Below, piece by piece: positions 1-9,227 of a stretch of DNA of 64,000 nucleotides. The position numbers and the translations under genes were made by a program. Below the pieces are notes generated by a model, which was given only the letters and a program-made list of their open reading frames with translations, was not told the DNA's origin and did no database searches. Numbering within the stretch: the stretch's first letter is position 1; every line of letters begins with the position of its first letter. Source of the stretch: Candidatus Daviesbacteria bacterium (GTDB lineage Bacteria > Patescibacteriota > Microgenomatia > Daviesbacterales > UBA10151); NCBI GenBank assembly GCA_028712705.1, contig JAQTPP010000003.1, positions 64,052 to 128,051 of the forward strand, read 5' to 3'.

Positions 1-799
1 ATCTGTGGGAGCACTCAAGGTCAAATATAAAACAGCTCCCCACTCGTCAAGTGGGAATACGATTGAACTGATTGAGAATAAAACAAATCTAGGTTTTGCC
101 GCAGGTAATAATGTGGGGGTAAAAAGAGCTAAAGCGCCGGTGATTCTTTTCTTAAACCCTGACACGCTGATAGTCAACCATGCAATTCAAAAGTCTCTGG
201 AGACTTTACTGTCCAATCCGGACTTTGGGGCTTTAACTTGTAAAGTGGAGCTGCCTGATGAAAGGTTAGATTATTCGTGCCATCGGGGTTTCCCTAACCC
301 ATGGAATTCATTTTGTTATTTTAGTGGTCTTGCTAAATTGTTTCCCCGCTCCCCTATTTTTTCCGGTTACACCGCTTCTTATCTTGACGCCAGAAAAGCC
401 CACGAGATTGACTGTGCAACAGGAGCCTTTTTGATGGTCAGAAAAATTGCCGGGGATCAAATTAACTGGTGGGATAAGGATTATTTCTGGAATGGAGAGG
501 ATATCGAGTTTTGTTATTCCTTAAAGATGAAAGGCTGGAAGATTTATTTTTATCCTGAGGTAAAAATTATTCATTATAAGGGTTCATCTTCCGGCCTTTG
601 GAAAACATCGGCGTTAAAGGTGAGTAAAGAAGAAAGGTTAAAAACTGCCACTCATGGTGTTTCTGCCATGAGGATTTTTTATAAAAAACACTACTACAAA
701 AAATACCCCCCCTTGCTCCGTGACTTTGTGCTTTGGGGAATTAAACTTCTGGAACATTACAGAAAATTTAGGATAATTACAGGAATGAGATATGAATGA
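1..799 (+). CDS. glycosyltransferase family 2, 5'-partial (runs off window start)
   Basis: ORF 5..799 is open to the window edge. GT2-type motifs (NLGFAAGNNVG, acidic DxD-like region) and a C-terminal hydrophobic tail. Confidence 0.7.
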   Translation, partial: SVGALKVKYKTAPHSSSGNTIELIENKTNLGFAAGNNVGVKRAKAPVILFLNPDTLIVNHAIQKSLETLLSNPDFGALTCKVELPDERLDYSCHRGFPNPWNSFCYFSGLAKLFPRSPIFSGYTASYLDARKAHEIDCATGAFLMVRKIAGDQINWWDKDYFWNGEDIEFCYSLKMKGWKIYFYPEVKIIHYKGSSSGLWKTSALKVSKEERLKTATHGVSAMRIFYKKHYYKKYPPLLRDFVLWGIKLLEHYRKFRIITGMRYE

Positions 800-878
800 C
801 TGTCATCGCGAGGTCCGCCTTGGCGGACCGTGGCGGATTGCTTCGTCTCCGGCTTCGCCGGATCCTCGCAATGACAGG
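799..878. repeat. GC-rich MITE-like palindromic element between two GT2 genes
   Basis: Terminal inverted repeats CTGTCATCGCGAGG (801-814) and CCTCGCAATGACAG (864-877). Internal perfect hairpins GGTCCGCCttGGCGGACC and CCGGCttcGCCGG. Same termini as the element at 58203-58298. Confidence 0.6.
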
Positions 879-889
879 AAAGAAAAGAA

Positions 890-1807
890 ATGTCTAATTT
901 AAATTTATCAGTAATTATTTTAAGTTACAATACCAAAGATATTACGGGCCGGTGTTTGGATAAGCTTAAAATTTCTAAAAGTTATTGTGAAAAAAGGCTG
1001 GGTAATAAAGTTGAAGTGATGGTTTTGGACAATGCTTCTTCTGATGGATCAGTTGGTTTTATAAAATTAGAATATCCCTGGGTAAAATTGATTATTTCAA
1101 AGGAGAATCTGGGATTTGGTAAGGGGAATAATGTATGTTTGAGGCAGTCTAAGTATCCGTATATTCTACTGCTTAATTCCGATGTTTACGTTGAGGAAGA
1201 GAGTTTATATAAGGCGCTGGCTTACTTTAGGGTTAATTTAAATTGTGACTCCCTGGGTGCCAGATTAAATTATGCAAACGGAGAACTTCAGCCAAGTTGC
1301 GGTAATTTGCCTACCCCGTTAAATATATTTTTTTGGATTTTAGGTTTAAGTTTAATACCTTTTGTCAGGAGATTTGTTATTTCTTTTCATCCAAGAGATA
1401 GAAAGTTTTTCTCCAAGGCTCATCAAGTTGGTTGGGTTATGGGCGCTTTTTTTATGCTGAAAAGAGAAATTTACAGTAAAGTTGGCGGTTTTGACGAGAA
1501 TTTATTTATGCATATGGAAGAAGTGGAATGGTGTAAAAGAATTAAGGATCAAGGCTATAAAATCTGGTATGTGCCTCAAGTTTCCGTAGTTCATCTGCAC
1601 GGCGCATCCACTAATTTTGACTTAAGTTCAAGTTTTTTAAATGAGTTAAAAGGTATAAAGTATTATTTAATAAAACATTACCGCTACTTTTATTTTCCGA
1701 TTAAACTTGTTCTAATTATCGGATTAGTGTTGAGGATTATTGCATTTTCGCTGTTTGCAAAAACTAAAAGGGCTAAAATTTATATGGAGGGATTAAGAGT
1801 GATTTAA
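890..1807 (+). CDS. glycosyltransferase family 2
   Basis: 305-aa ORF. N-terminus LSVIILSYNTKD..., LDNASSDGS, C-terminal TM helices. Confidence 0.8.
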   Translation: MSNLNLSVIILSYNTKDITGRCLDKLKISKSYCEKRLGNKVEVMVLDNASSDGSVGFIKLEYPWVKLIISKENLGFGKGNNVCLRQSKYPYILLLNSDVYVEEESLYKALAYFRVNLNCDSLGARLNYANGELQPSCGNLPTPLNIFFWILGLSLIPFVRRFVISFHPRDRKFFSKAHQVGWVMGAFFMLKREIYSKVGGFDENLFMHMEEVEWCKRIKDQGYKIWYVPQVSVVHLHGASTNFDLSSSFLNELKGIKYYLIKHYRYFYFPIKLVLIIGLVLRIIAFSLFAKTKRAKIYMEGLRVI

Positions 1808-1809
1808 GA

Positions 1810-3618
1810 ATGAAAATAGCAATTATTACAGTTAATTACAATGGTAAAAAAGATACTTTAGAGTTGCTGAGATCGTTTTCCATACTACCAACTACTAACT
1901 ACCAGCTACTAACCATCGTGGTTGATAATGCTTCATCGGATGGAAGCGTCTCTGAGATCAAAAAAAGTTTTCCTGAGACAGATATTTTGCAAACCGGAGA
2001 GAATTTAGGGTTCTCCGGCGGTTACAACAAAGGCCTGGATTATGCAAATATCTGGGGGGCAGATTATTTTTTACTTATCAATAACGACTGTTTGATAAAA
2101 GATCCTAATTTAATTTCAGAACTGGTGAAAATAGCGCAGTCCGATCCTAAAATTGGTCTGGTTTCCCCGAAAATTTATTTTGCCAAAGGTTTTGAATTCC
2201 AAAAAGGCCGATATCAAGAGGAAGATTTGGGCAAAGTCATTTGGTACGCCGGAGGGCAATTCGACTGGGATAATATTGTCTCAATCCATCGGGGAATTGA
2301 TGAGGTTGATAAAGGCCAATATGATGATGTGAGTGAAGTGGAGTTTATAAGTGGCGCATGTGTGTTAATTAAAAAAGAGGTTATCGAGAGAATTGGTCTA
2401 TTTGATGAAAAATATTTCCTGTACTTTGAAGATGGCGATTTTATCAAAAGAGCCAGAGATGATGGATTTAAAATTTACTACGATGGTCAAGTAGCGGTTT
2501 ACCACAAAGTTTCCAGCTCAACCGGTATTGGCTCTAAGATAACAGATTATTATCATACCAGGAACAGGTTAATTTTTGGCATGCAATATGGAAGATTGAG
2601 GACCAGATTTGCCCTGGTTCGGGAGGCGGTTAAGCTTTTGATTTTTGGTAGGTCTACTCAAAGAAGAGGCATTTCGGATTTTTATTTAGGAGTAACAGGA
2701 CACAATCCTGGTTTGAATAAAGACAAACCAGGATTGAATTTCGGTATCGAATATCCGCTGAAACTTTCAATCGGTATAGTCAATTACAACACCCCTGATC
2801 TTACTAAAAAGTTATTAAAAAGCATTTTTGATAAAGATTCCGGCTTTGATGAGAAGACTATGGAAGTAATTGTTTTAGATAATGGTTTAACAAATCCTTG
2901 CAAAGATGCCATCAAAGAATTTTTACCAAAAATAAAATATCTAGAAAATTTAGATAATGAAGGGTTTACCAAAGGTTATAACAAGACAATCAAGTTTTCC
3001 CTGGGTGAATATTACCTGATGTTTAATTCTGATATAGAAGTTTTAAAAAACGGCATTTCAGAATTAGTCAAAGTTGAAGATGAATTTGAGGGTAAAGCTG
3101 TTTTGGGCGGGAAATTGCTTTTTCCTGACGGGAGCGACCAAGATAGCGCTTTTCATTTACCTACTTTGACCGGTGCTATCAAAGAATATTTTTTTGCTCT
3201 GAAAGGTGCTTATTTTATGTATTTACCCACTTCACCTGGAAGGAGTCAAAGTCCACCTTCCAGGTGGATTAGAGTTGAAGGACTGGTGATGGCCTGTCTT
3301 TTGATCCCCAAAAAAATCTTAAATCAGGTGGGACTGTTGAATGAGGAAACTTTTATTTTCTTTGAAGATATTGAGTATGCCAGAAGGTTGAAAAAGTTTA
3401 AGATCCCTGTTTACTACGTCCCTGCTGCCAAATTCATGCATCATCACGGCGGTTCGACTAAAAAGATTGGTCAGGAAAAAGCTAATGAACATTTAATAGA
3501 ATCCTCAAAACACTACCATGGGAAATTTTATTACACACTGCTTTCTTTTGTTTTACGTTTGGGTCAAAAATTTGGCAGAGTCAAAACTCCTGTAGCCAGA
3601 TGGAAAAAAAGCAACTAG
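1810..3618 (+). CDS. two-domain (tandem) family 2 glycosyltransferase
   Basis: 602-aa ORF with two GT2-like modules: IAIITVNYNGKKDT...VDNASSDGS, then a second IVNYNTPDLTKK...VLDNG. Confidence 0.75.
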   Translation: MKIAIITVNYNGKKDTLELLRSFSILPTTNYQLLTIVVDNASSDGSVSEIKKSFPETDILQTGENLGFSGGYNKGLDYANIWGADYFLLINNDCLIKDPNLISELVKIAQSDPKIGLVSPKIYFAKGFEFQKGRYQEEDLGKVIWYAGGQFDWDNIVSIHRGIDEVDKGQYDDVSEVEFISGACVLIKKEVIERIGLFDEKYFLYFEDGDFIKRARDDGFKIYYDGQVAVYHKVSSSTGIGSKITDYYHTRNRLIFGMQYGRLRTRFALVREAVKLLIFGRSTQRRGISDFYLGVTGHNPGLNKDKPGLNFGIEYPLKLSIGIVNYNTPDLTKKLLKSIFDKDSGFDEKTMEVIVLDNGLTNPCKDAIKEFLPKIKYLENLDNEGFTKGYNKTIKFSLGEYYLMFNSDIEVLKNGISELVKVEDEFEGKAVLGGKLLFPDGSDQDSAFHLPTLTGAIKEYFFALKGAYFMYLPTSPGRSQSPPSRWIRVEGLVMACLLIPKKILNQVGLLNEETFIFFEDIEYARRLKKFKIPVYYVPAAKFMHHHGGSTKKIGQEKANEHLIESSKHYHGKFYYTLLSFVLRLGQKFGRVKTPVARWKKSN

Positions 3619-3625
3619 AAGTCAT

Positions 3626-4783
3626 TTAATTTGAAATAGGCTCTAGTCTTTTCAGGGCTTGATTTTTTTCAGAGGGGTTAATCCTGGATTTAATCACCAC
3701 TTTTCTTAAAGTTTCAATGGTAGCATCATAGGTTGGCCGGTCTACAGGATATGGAGTGGCATCTTTTCCGCCGTGGGCAAAACTGTAGCGGGCCGGGTCT
3801 TCATAAGAAGGTCTGGCCCCATAAATTACTTCTGAAACCAAACTTAAAGCTCTGATAGTTTTTGGTCCTACTCCTTTAGTTGCCAAAAGCGCTTCATAGT
3901 TTTGAGGCTTGTTATTGGCTAATTTTTCCAGAATTTTTTTAAGGTACGGGCTGTCCCAAAAATTTTCATCTTCTACTGGATGGTGATGAAATTCATTTGA
4001 AGAAAGCTGGAGCAGTGTCACTTTTCTACCGCCAACAGATACTCTCATCATCTTACTTAAATCAGTTGAGTGTTTCTTAAGAAGCTCAATATCACTCATT
4101 AAAGTTTTAAAACCTGAGGAAACAAGTTCAGCGCTTAAGTTTCGGGTTTTAGTGCTGGTTTTGGCAGTTAAGTTAAGGACTTGTGGTTGGGAGATTTGGG
4201 TGGCAATGCCGGAGTGAGGCTCACAAACCAGATCATCAATGTTCTCCGAATACCAATGATACCTTCTGGCAGTAAGGTGCCTCGTATTCATCCCCTGTTG
4301 AACAACTGCCCAGGTGCCATTTTTTGAAAAAAAGAAGCTGTGGTGATAAATTTGAAAGCCGTCCTGGATTAAGCTGGAGTCAACTTTGGCAGACATCCGG
4401 GAATTGTAAACCAGATTGTTGGCATGGGCTGGGGGTAAATTTAATCTTTCACCCCAAGCTAAAATTTCATCAGGAGTTTTGCGGGAAGTTTTACCTTTGC
4501 CTCCACAGATAAAAACCCCAAAATGCTGTTCCTGACCTCTTATAGCCTCTTTGAGAGCTGCTGTGAGTATTGTTGTTAATCCCGAGGCATTCCAGTCAAA
4601 AGCCAAAACTGTGCCTAAACTTTGAAACCAAACCGGGTCGGCAATTCTTTTAATAAATTCATCCGGGCCATATTCTTCAATTAAAACCCTGGTCATTTCC
4701 CTGCCCAAGCGGACCATTCGGTCAAAAAGCCATTTGGGGCAGGTTCCGTAATCTAAGGTAAAAGTGGCAATTCCTCTTTGCAT
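3626..4783 (-). CDS. hypothetical protein, DUF763-like (recalled from memory, not searched)
   Basis: 385-aa ORF. N-terminus MQRGIATFTLDYGTCPKWLFDRM resembles my recollection of DUF763. Confidence 0.55.
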   Translation of the reverse strand: MQRGIATFTLDYGTCPKWLFDRMVRLGREMTRVLIEEYGPDEFIKRIADPVWFQSLGTVLAFDWNASGLTTILTAALKEAIRGQEQHFGVFICGGKGKTSRKTPDEILAWGERLNLPPAHANNLVYNSRMSAKVDSSLIQDGFQIYHHSFFFSKNGTWAVVQQGMNTRHLTARRYHWYSENIDDLVCEPHSGIATQISQPQVLNLTAKTSTKTRNLSAELVSSGFKTLMSDIELLKKHSTDLSKMMRVSVGGRKVTLLQLSSNEFHHHPVEDENFWDSPYLKKILEKLANNKPQNYEALLATKGVGPKTIRALSLVSEVIYGARPSYEDPARYSFAHGGKDATPYPVDRPTYDATIETLRKVVIKSRINPSEKNQALKRLEPISN

Positions 4784-4799
4784 AATCTACTCCGATTTT

Positions 4800-4850
4800 T
4801 CGATGGACTTGCCCTGAGCGAGCGAAGCGAGTCGAATGGGTTCGGGTTAT
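4800..4850. repeat. GC-rich intergenic island with GCGAAGCG core
   Basis: ctgagcgagcgaagcgagtcgaatgggttcggg in otherwise AT-rich spacer. Shares the GCGAAGCG core with elements at 49025-49100 and 799-878. Confidence 0.35.
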
Positions 4851-4910
4851 CTTTGTAATTTTACTGTAGCTGATGGTCTACTGATTTGTCAACATCAGTA
4901 TTCGTTCCAC

Positions 4911-5171
4911 CTATTTAATAACTTGTAGTTGGGAAACAGGGCGATAATATGGATCCTGAGAAACGTCCTTATTCAGTCTTCCAATGACTTCTCTTGGAAT
5001 TTCAGTTTTATTTAGGTAGGCTTTGTATGCACGATGATTTCCATGAACAAGAGCATGATTTCCTGCACTATCTTCATAAACTGTTACTGGGATGGTTGGT
5101 TTTGCTTTATCAACTCGGTCTTGATGAACAATGCATTCTGGTGTATAGAGCGACGGGAATTCCTTTGGCAT
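4911..5171 (-). CDS. small ParB N-terminal-domain-like (ParB/Srx fold) protein
   Basis: 86-aa ORF. The ALVHGNHRAYKAY motif resembles the ParB-like nuclease-domain G-x-H-R-x-x-A signature. Confidence 0.5.
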   Translation of the reverse strand: MPKEFPSLYTPECIVHQDRVDKAKPTIPVTVYEDSAGNHALVHGNHRAYKAYLNKTEIPREVIGRLNKDVSQDPYYRPVSQLQVIK

Positions 5172-5206
5172 CCATAAATAGTAACAGGCGAACCCAGAGA
5201 TGTCAA
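5172..5206 (-). promoter_or_regulatory. sigma70-like promoter for the ParB-like gene, leaderless
   Basis: Minus strand: TTGACA (5201-5206), 17-nt spacer, TACTAT (5178-5183), then 6 nt to the ATG at 5171. Confidence 0.45.
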
Positions 5207-5253
5207 CCTATAGTATGATGCCTACTTGGTAAACGTTGGTTGAATAATAACAG
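5204..5253. repeat. diverged copy 1 of a repeated upstream element
   Basis: caacctatagtatgatgcctacttggtaaacgttggttgaataataacag aligns with copies at 6117-6185 and 7083-7157. Confidence 0.45.
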
Positions 5254-5264
5254 TCTCAAAAGTT

Positions 5265-6080
5265 TCACTTAGAAGCAGTTTGAATTGATGGTGGAGTTTT
5301 TTCAATTAACCAAACACTTTTTGCCAGAAAATTTACATCATTAGCGCTTAAGTTGTTTATAGTGGTATACTGAAACATAAAAGCTACGACTAGATCTCTG
5401 AAAGACCAAGGTCTTTCAGTTCTTTCATAAGGATCAATAACATTGATATTCAGTCTTCCGTCTCGTATCTGAAAGCCTGTTAAAGTGCGAGCGTGTTCAA
5501 ATGTTATACCCTGAGCAAGAGTATATCTGGGGCTATAAGGCCAACTTAATATTCCAACAGAGCCTCGATCAAATCTTTGAAGTAATTCAAGCATTATATC
5601 TGGAACTAACAAATCATTTCTAGCCTCTCCTTTAAGTTGTTCCATTCTAAATCTTCCATAGGGTGGCCCAGAAGAAAATATTTCAAGTAGAGAAGCTGGC
5701 TGAAGAATATCTCCTAACTCAACTAAACGTCCTAATTGTCTAGAACGTATTTCTGTAAGTCTAGATTTAAGTGCATCCTTTGTGTAATTTATATTAGGTT
5801 CATCAAGTACCCTTAGACCATTTGCTGTCGCAATATAAGCGCAACTTTCATCGTCGGTTTGTCTGAGTGATATGTTTTGGCCTAAACACATGGCTTGTCG
5901 ACCTATTTTATAGACAAAGGGGCTATCATGATTTAGTGGAAAATGGCTAACCAAATATGTTTCAAACCCTGCTAAAATAGGCTCATTATTTGTTCTCGCT
6001 TGAGGTGTTAAGCTATCCCAAAATTCACAACCTGCCGTGACTGTTCTGATTCCATTACCATGTATATTTTCAGTTGTCAT
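5265..6080 (-). CDS. hypothetical protein
   Basis: The ORF track gives 5265..6119 with a TTG start. The ATG at 6080 (MTTENIHG...) sits 10 nt after a TAAAAT -10 box and is the likelier start. No recognisable domain. Confidence 0.6.
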   Translation of the reverse strand: MTTENIHGNGIRTVTAGCEFWDSLTPQARTNNEPILAGFETYLVSHFPLNHDSPFVYKIGRQAMCLGQNISLRQTDDESCAYIATANGLRVLDEPNINYTKDALKSRLTEIRSRQLGRLVELGDILQPASLLEIFSSGPPYGRFRMEQLKGEARNDLLVPDIMLELLQRFDRGSVGILSWPYSPRYTLAQGITFEHARTLTGFQIRDGRLNINVIDPYERTERPWSFRDLVVAFMFQYTTINNLSANDVNFLAKSVWLIEKTPPSIQTASK

Positions 6081-6120
6081 AATAAATGAAATTTTAACAA
6101 AAAGTAGAGAAATAATCAAC
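6081..6120 (-). promoter_or_regulatory. sigma70-like promoter, leaderless
   Basis: Minus strand: TTGATT (6114-6119), 17-nt spacer, TAAAAT (6091-6096), then 10 nt to the ATG at 6080. Confidence 0.45.
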
Positions 6121-6185
6121 TATAGGATAATGTCCACCTAATAGACGTTAGTCTAACCATTATACCTAATCTATCATTTGAAGAG
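6117..6185. repeat. copy 2 of the about 70-bp repeated upstream element
   Basis: caactataggataatgtccacctaatagacgttagtctaaccattatacctaatctatcatttgaagag is about 80% identical to the copy at 7083-7157. Confidence 0.6.
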
Positions 6186-6233
6186 TTAACCATATATAGA
6201 CAACTCTCCTTGTTAAGAGATGGTAGGGATTGA

Positions 6234-7046
6234 TTATTGAGAATCTCTAAGATTTTGAATAAAAAAATCTCTTATCATATTTACAACCACGCCCTTAAAA
6301 GGTTCATTATGAAATCCATGGCTACCGCCTGCTAACATTTCAAGTCGCTTCCTAGGGTTTGGTAATCTTTTGAATTGCTCAACTACATCCCTATAGTCGA
6401 TTTTGTCATCCAGATCTCCTTGAACTACCATAATTTCGTGTGGATACTCTGCTAATGCATCAAAAGGTCTATACTGTTGCATTTCTTCAAACAGTATCTG
6501 TCCTAATCTAAATCTCCCTGCCCCTACTTCTAAATACCCTCTATCTTGAACTCTTTCTTCAATATTTCCAAAAAACTCTTTTCCCCAAGGTGTTTTAGGA
6601 TGAAGATAAACAGGATCAAAATCTAAAACAGGGTTCTCAAGAAATAGTGCTTGAATTTGCTGTGGATGATCTGCTGCATACAAGACACTAATTGCTCCTC
6701 CAAAACTTGCTCCAGCTAAACCAATTCTTTTAATACCTTGCTCTTGAAAAAACTTAACCATAGTATCTATATCAGCCATCGTTCCTGGAATCGTAACTTC
6801 TTGTTCAGAGTTGAGTTGTCTCAAGCCATGACCACGAAAATCAAATCTCAATGTTGAAAACCCTGCACTATTGAGGATAGGCTCAGCTGCTACTAATACA
6901 CTTTCTCTGGATCTATTTGTGGTAATTCCATGAGCAAGAATAATTCCTCTTTGGTTATTAGTTACCTGCCCAAAATCTGCATTTAATATAAGTCCATCTT
7001 GGGTTGGTATATCAACAACTCTGGTCTCAATTGCATCTAGTGACAT
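6234..7046 (-). CDS. alpha/beta hydrolase fold protein
   Basis: 270-aa ORF. HGITTN...FRGHG and nucleophile elbow GASFGG. Confidence 0.75.
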   Translation of the reverse strand: MSLDAIETRVVDIPTQDGLILNADFGQVTNNQRGIILAHGITTNRSRESVLVAAEPILNSAGFSTLRFDFRGHGLRQLNSEQEVTIPGTMADIDTMVKFFQEQGIKRIGLAGASFGGAISVLYAADHPQQIQALFLENPVLDFDPVYLHPKTPWGKEFFGNIEERVQDRGYLEVGAGRFRLGQILFEEMQQYRPFDALAEYPHEIMVVQGDLDDKIDYRDVVEQFKRLPNPRKRLEMLAGGSHGFHNEPFKGVVVNMIRDFFIQNLRDSQ

Positions 7047-7085
7047 ATGGAAGAAGATTATACCTTAGCAACCAAGATTATTCAA
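7047..7085 (-). promoter_or_regulatory. sigma70-like promoter, leaderless
   Basis: Minus strand: TTGAAT (7080-7085), 17-nt spacer, TATAAT (7057-7062), then 10 nt to the ATG at 7046. Confidence 0.45.
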
Positions 7086-7157
7086 CTATAGGATAAATGT
7101 CCACTGGTAAACGCTAGTCGAACCATTATTCCTGATTTAACGTTTGAAGAATTACAG
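7083..7157. repeat. copy 3 of the about 70-bp repeated upstream element
   Basis: caactataggataaatgtccactggtaaacgctagtcgaaccattattcctgatttaacgtttgaagaattaca. Confidence 0.6.
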
Positions 7158-7193
7158 ATTTATACACAATTTCCTTATAGATTTTAGCTAAAC

Positions 7194-8801
7194 TTGTCAA
7201 AAAATCTTTTAAATTCCAAACGGCTATTTTTAGAAGTTTTTTATGCTATACTGACAAAAATGGAAGGTCAGGGAGGCGGAATCGATAATGAACCAAGTTT
7301 ACATAAGATAGATCGTGGTTTTGACCTAAAAGCAGTTAGATCGCTGGTGAGAAAATTAGATAATCCAGGTCTTTGGAAAAACGGAAACGAAGCCAAAAAG
7401 ACGCTCTACGAACTATGGGAAAAGAGGCCCACTCTAGCTTCTGGATTAGATAACAAAGCTTCTATAGGAGTCACCTTGAAATCTTTCAGGCACCTTCAGA
7501 CTTTTGATTACAATAGATATCTACCTGATTATGCAGTAGAGGAAGCGAGAGCTGATGTCGATAGATTAGTTTTAGACAATATTCCTGCTATAGACAGAGC
7601 TGTAGAAATTAGTGCTAACCCTGCTGATCTGCAACTGAGTATCGATTTAGTTACTGGCGTGCTTAACGCAGGTGAACTTTCTCAAGACAGGAGAGAGACA
7701 AATTTTCTATTAAAACACTTTGAAGAGGGACTAAGAAGTGACGATTCAGAAGACGAGAAGGAGCCTGGATATACAAAATACCATCTTATAGCTTCAAAGA
7801 TGTTTCTGAAAATGGATGAAAATCAACGCGCAAGAGCAATGGAAATGTTTCAGGCTATGATTGATAATCCTGAAATAGGAAAACAGGCAGTTTATGTAAT
7901 AAACGTTCTTTCTGGAGATCAAATGATTCCTGATAACGCAAGGGAAGAAATCCGAAGAACTTTAACTAAACCAATAATCAATAAACTTGGATTAGATTAT
8001 GATGAATTGACAAAAGCTTGGATTAGCGGCAGTGATGAGATTATTGGTAATTATTTTTATCATACAAGGAATTTAAATCAAATTTTTATTCTTGAATCTA
8101 CCAACCCAGGGATTTGCAGAACCTTAAAGGATGAGTTCGGAATAACTAATTTTGATCGCTACCCCCGAGAATTATTAGTAGATTTATTTGAGCAAAGAAA
8201 TAGCACAAATACTCCTTATGGCTTAATGTTCTATCCTAAAAGAGACCATAGTGGGGCTGCTTATTTGTCAAAAAGCGTTGTGGGGAAGTTTTATAAGCAA
8301 CTTAAATCTCTTGGATATGGTTTAAGACTTTATGAGGTGGGCAGCAAGATAGACCTTGCTAGAGCTTTTATAACTTCTCAAAATAAGTTCGGCACTAGAA
8401 ATAAAATAGACTTTGTTATTCTGGTTGGACACGGCAATCCGCAAAGCATAACTTTTGGAGAAACTGGTAAAAATGCTGAAGCAGGAGAAGAAATAAACGA
8501 CCACAATGTAAAGGGTATTATTCACCAACTTGATTTTGAGGGGAAAGGCGTGCAGCGAATTGGTGAATTATTGTCTAATAATGCAAATATAATTCTTGTA
8601 TCCTGCTCTACGGGCGCAGCTGAGGGAATAGGAAAGACAATTTCCGAAACATATCCTGGCACGTTGGTGACAGCACCTGAAACTCCTACTGATTTAAGAG
8701 GTATAGATGTGACAAAAGATGACCAAGGCAAATTGCGCTTTAGAGTTGCTTATAGATCAGCAGATACATCAAGGTCTTTTGAGTCCGGAAAATCAGTTTA
8801 A
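7194..8801 (+). CDS. hypothetical protein with C-terminal caspase/CHAT-like His-Cys domain
   Basis: 535-aa ORF (alternative start MEGQGGG at 7260 after TATACT). C-terminus DFVILVGHGNPQS ... about 60 aa ... ANIILVSCSTGAAEG fits the beta-strand-HG / beta-strand-C pattern of the caspase fold. Confidence 0.55.
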   Translation: MSKNLLNSKRLFLEVFYAILTKMEGQGGGIDNEPSLHKIDRGFDLKAVRSLVRKLDNPGLWKNGNEAKKTLYELWEKRPTLASGLDNKASIGVTLKSFRHLQTFDYNRYLPDYAVEEARADVDRLVLDNIPAIDRAVEISANPADLQLSIDLVTGVLNAGELSQDRRETNFLLKHFEEGLRSDDSEDEKEPGYTKYHLIASKMFLKMDENQRARAMEMFQAMIDNPEIGKQAVYVINVLSGDQMIPDNAREEIRRTLTKPIINKLGLDYDELTKAWISGSDEIIGNYFYHTRNLNQIFILESTNPGICRTLKDEFGITNFDRYPRELLVDLFEQRNSTNTPYGLMFYPKRDHSGAAYLSKSVVGKFYKQLKSLGYGLRLYEVGSKIDLARAFITSQNKFGTRNKIDFVILVGHGNPQSITFGETGKNAEAGEEINDHNVKGIIHQLDFEGKGVQRIGELLSNNANIILVSCSTGAAEGIGKTISETYPGTLVTAPETPTDLRGIDVTKDDQGKLRFRVAYRSADTSRSFESGKSV

Positions 8802-8827
8802 CGAAAGGTTAAAAATTATAAAGTCCA

Positions 8828-8878
8828 GAGGGGAGGATAATACACCCAATCCTTCGACGAGCTCAGGATTGGCGAACC
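8828..8878. other. conserved about 50-nt hairpin motif, copy A
   Basis: GGAGGATAATACACCCAATCC-loop-GGATTGGCGAACC. Near-identical flanks recur at 55163-55207. Both copies lie 80-90 nt 3' of a minus-strand tRNA. Confidence 0.5.
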
Positions 8879-8968
8879 AATTCTCCGGCAAAGCCGGATC
8901 ATTAAGTCACAAATCCTCAATCCTTAAAATTTCGATTACGTCAGTAACAAGTACTGACTTATCGAAAT

Positions 8969-9051
8969 GTCCGGAGGGGAGGATTCGAACCTCCGCAGGG
9001 AAAACCCGGCTGATTTACAGTCAGCTGCAATTGGCCACTCTGCCACCTCCG
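8969..9051 (-). tRNA. tRNA-Tyr (anticodon GTA), long variable arm
   Basis: Reverse complement folds with acceptor CCGGAGG/CCTCCGG, anticodon loop cuGUAaa, T-arm GGAGGTTCGAATCCTCC. Confidence 0.85.
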
Positions 9052-9227
9052 GATAAGCTAAATTATATCTAATTTTTATGGTTATTGCTATGCCTGAATT
9101 GTTTTCAAAACTGTTCACATTAATGTCACAGTCGTAGTATTAATGTGAACAGAGATGTTTGAAGTGAAAATTTGAAGTGAAAAAAGATTCGCACAAAAGG
9201 ATCCACACCTGATATAATCAATTTTAT

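Noticed and set aside
2214-2972. Minus-strand ORFs 2214-2447 and 2784-2972 inside the tandem GT2 gene
   Set aside because: Low-complexity antisense frames wholly within a well-supported GT2 CDS.
4324-5218. Plus-strand ORFs 4324-4512 and 4994-5218
   Set aside because: Antisense to the DUF763-like and ParB-like genes; no motifs or start context.
5204-7157. The three repeated elements as integron attC sites (gene-cassette array)
   Set aside because: The elements lie upstream of each gene. Their proximal ends supply -35 hexamers. They do not show the R''/L''/L'/R' (GTTRRRY) organisation of attC, and no intI gene or attI is in the window. A shared promoter-proximal regulatory repeat fits better.
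8322-9118. Short ORFs 8322-8528, 8522-8731, 8719-9072, 8936-9118
   Set aside because: They overlap the 535-aa CDS in antisense, or overlap tRNA-Tyr and the conserved hairpin motif. Compositionally implausible.
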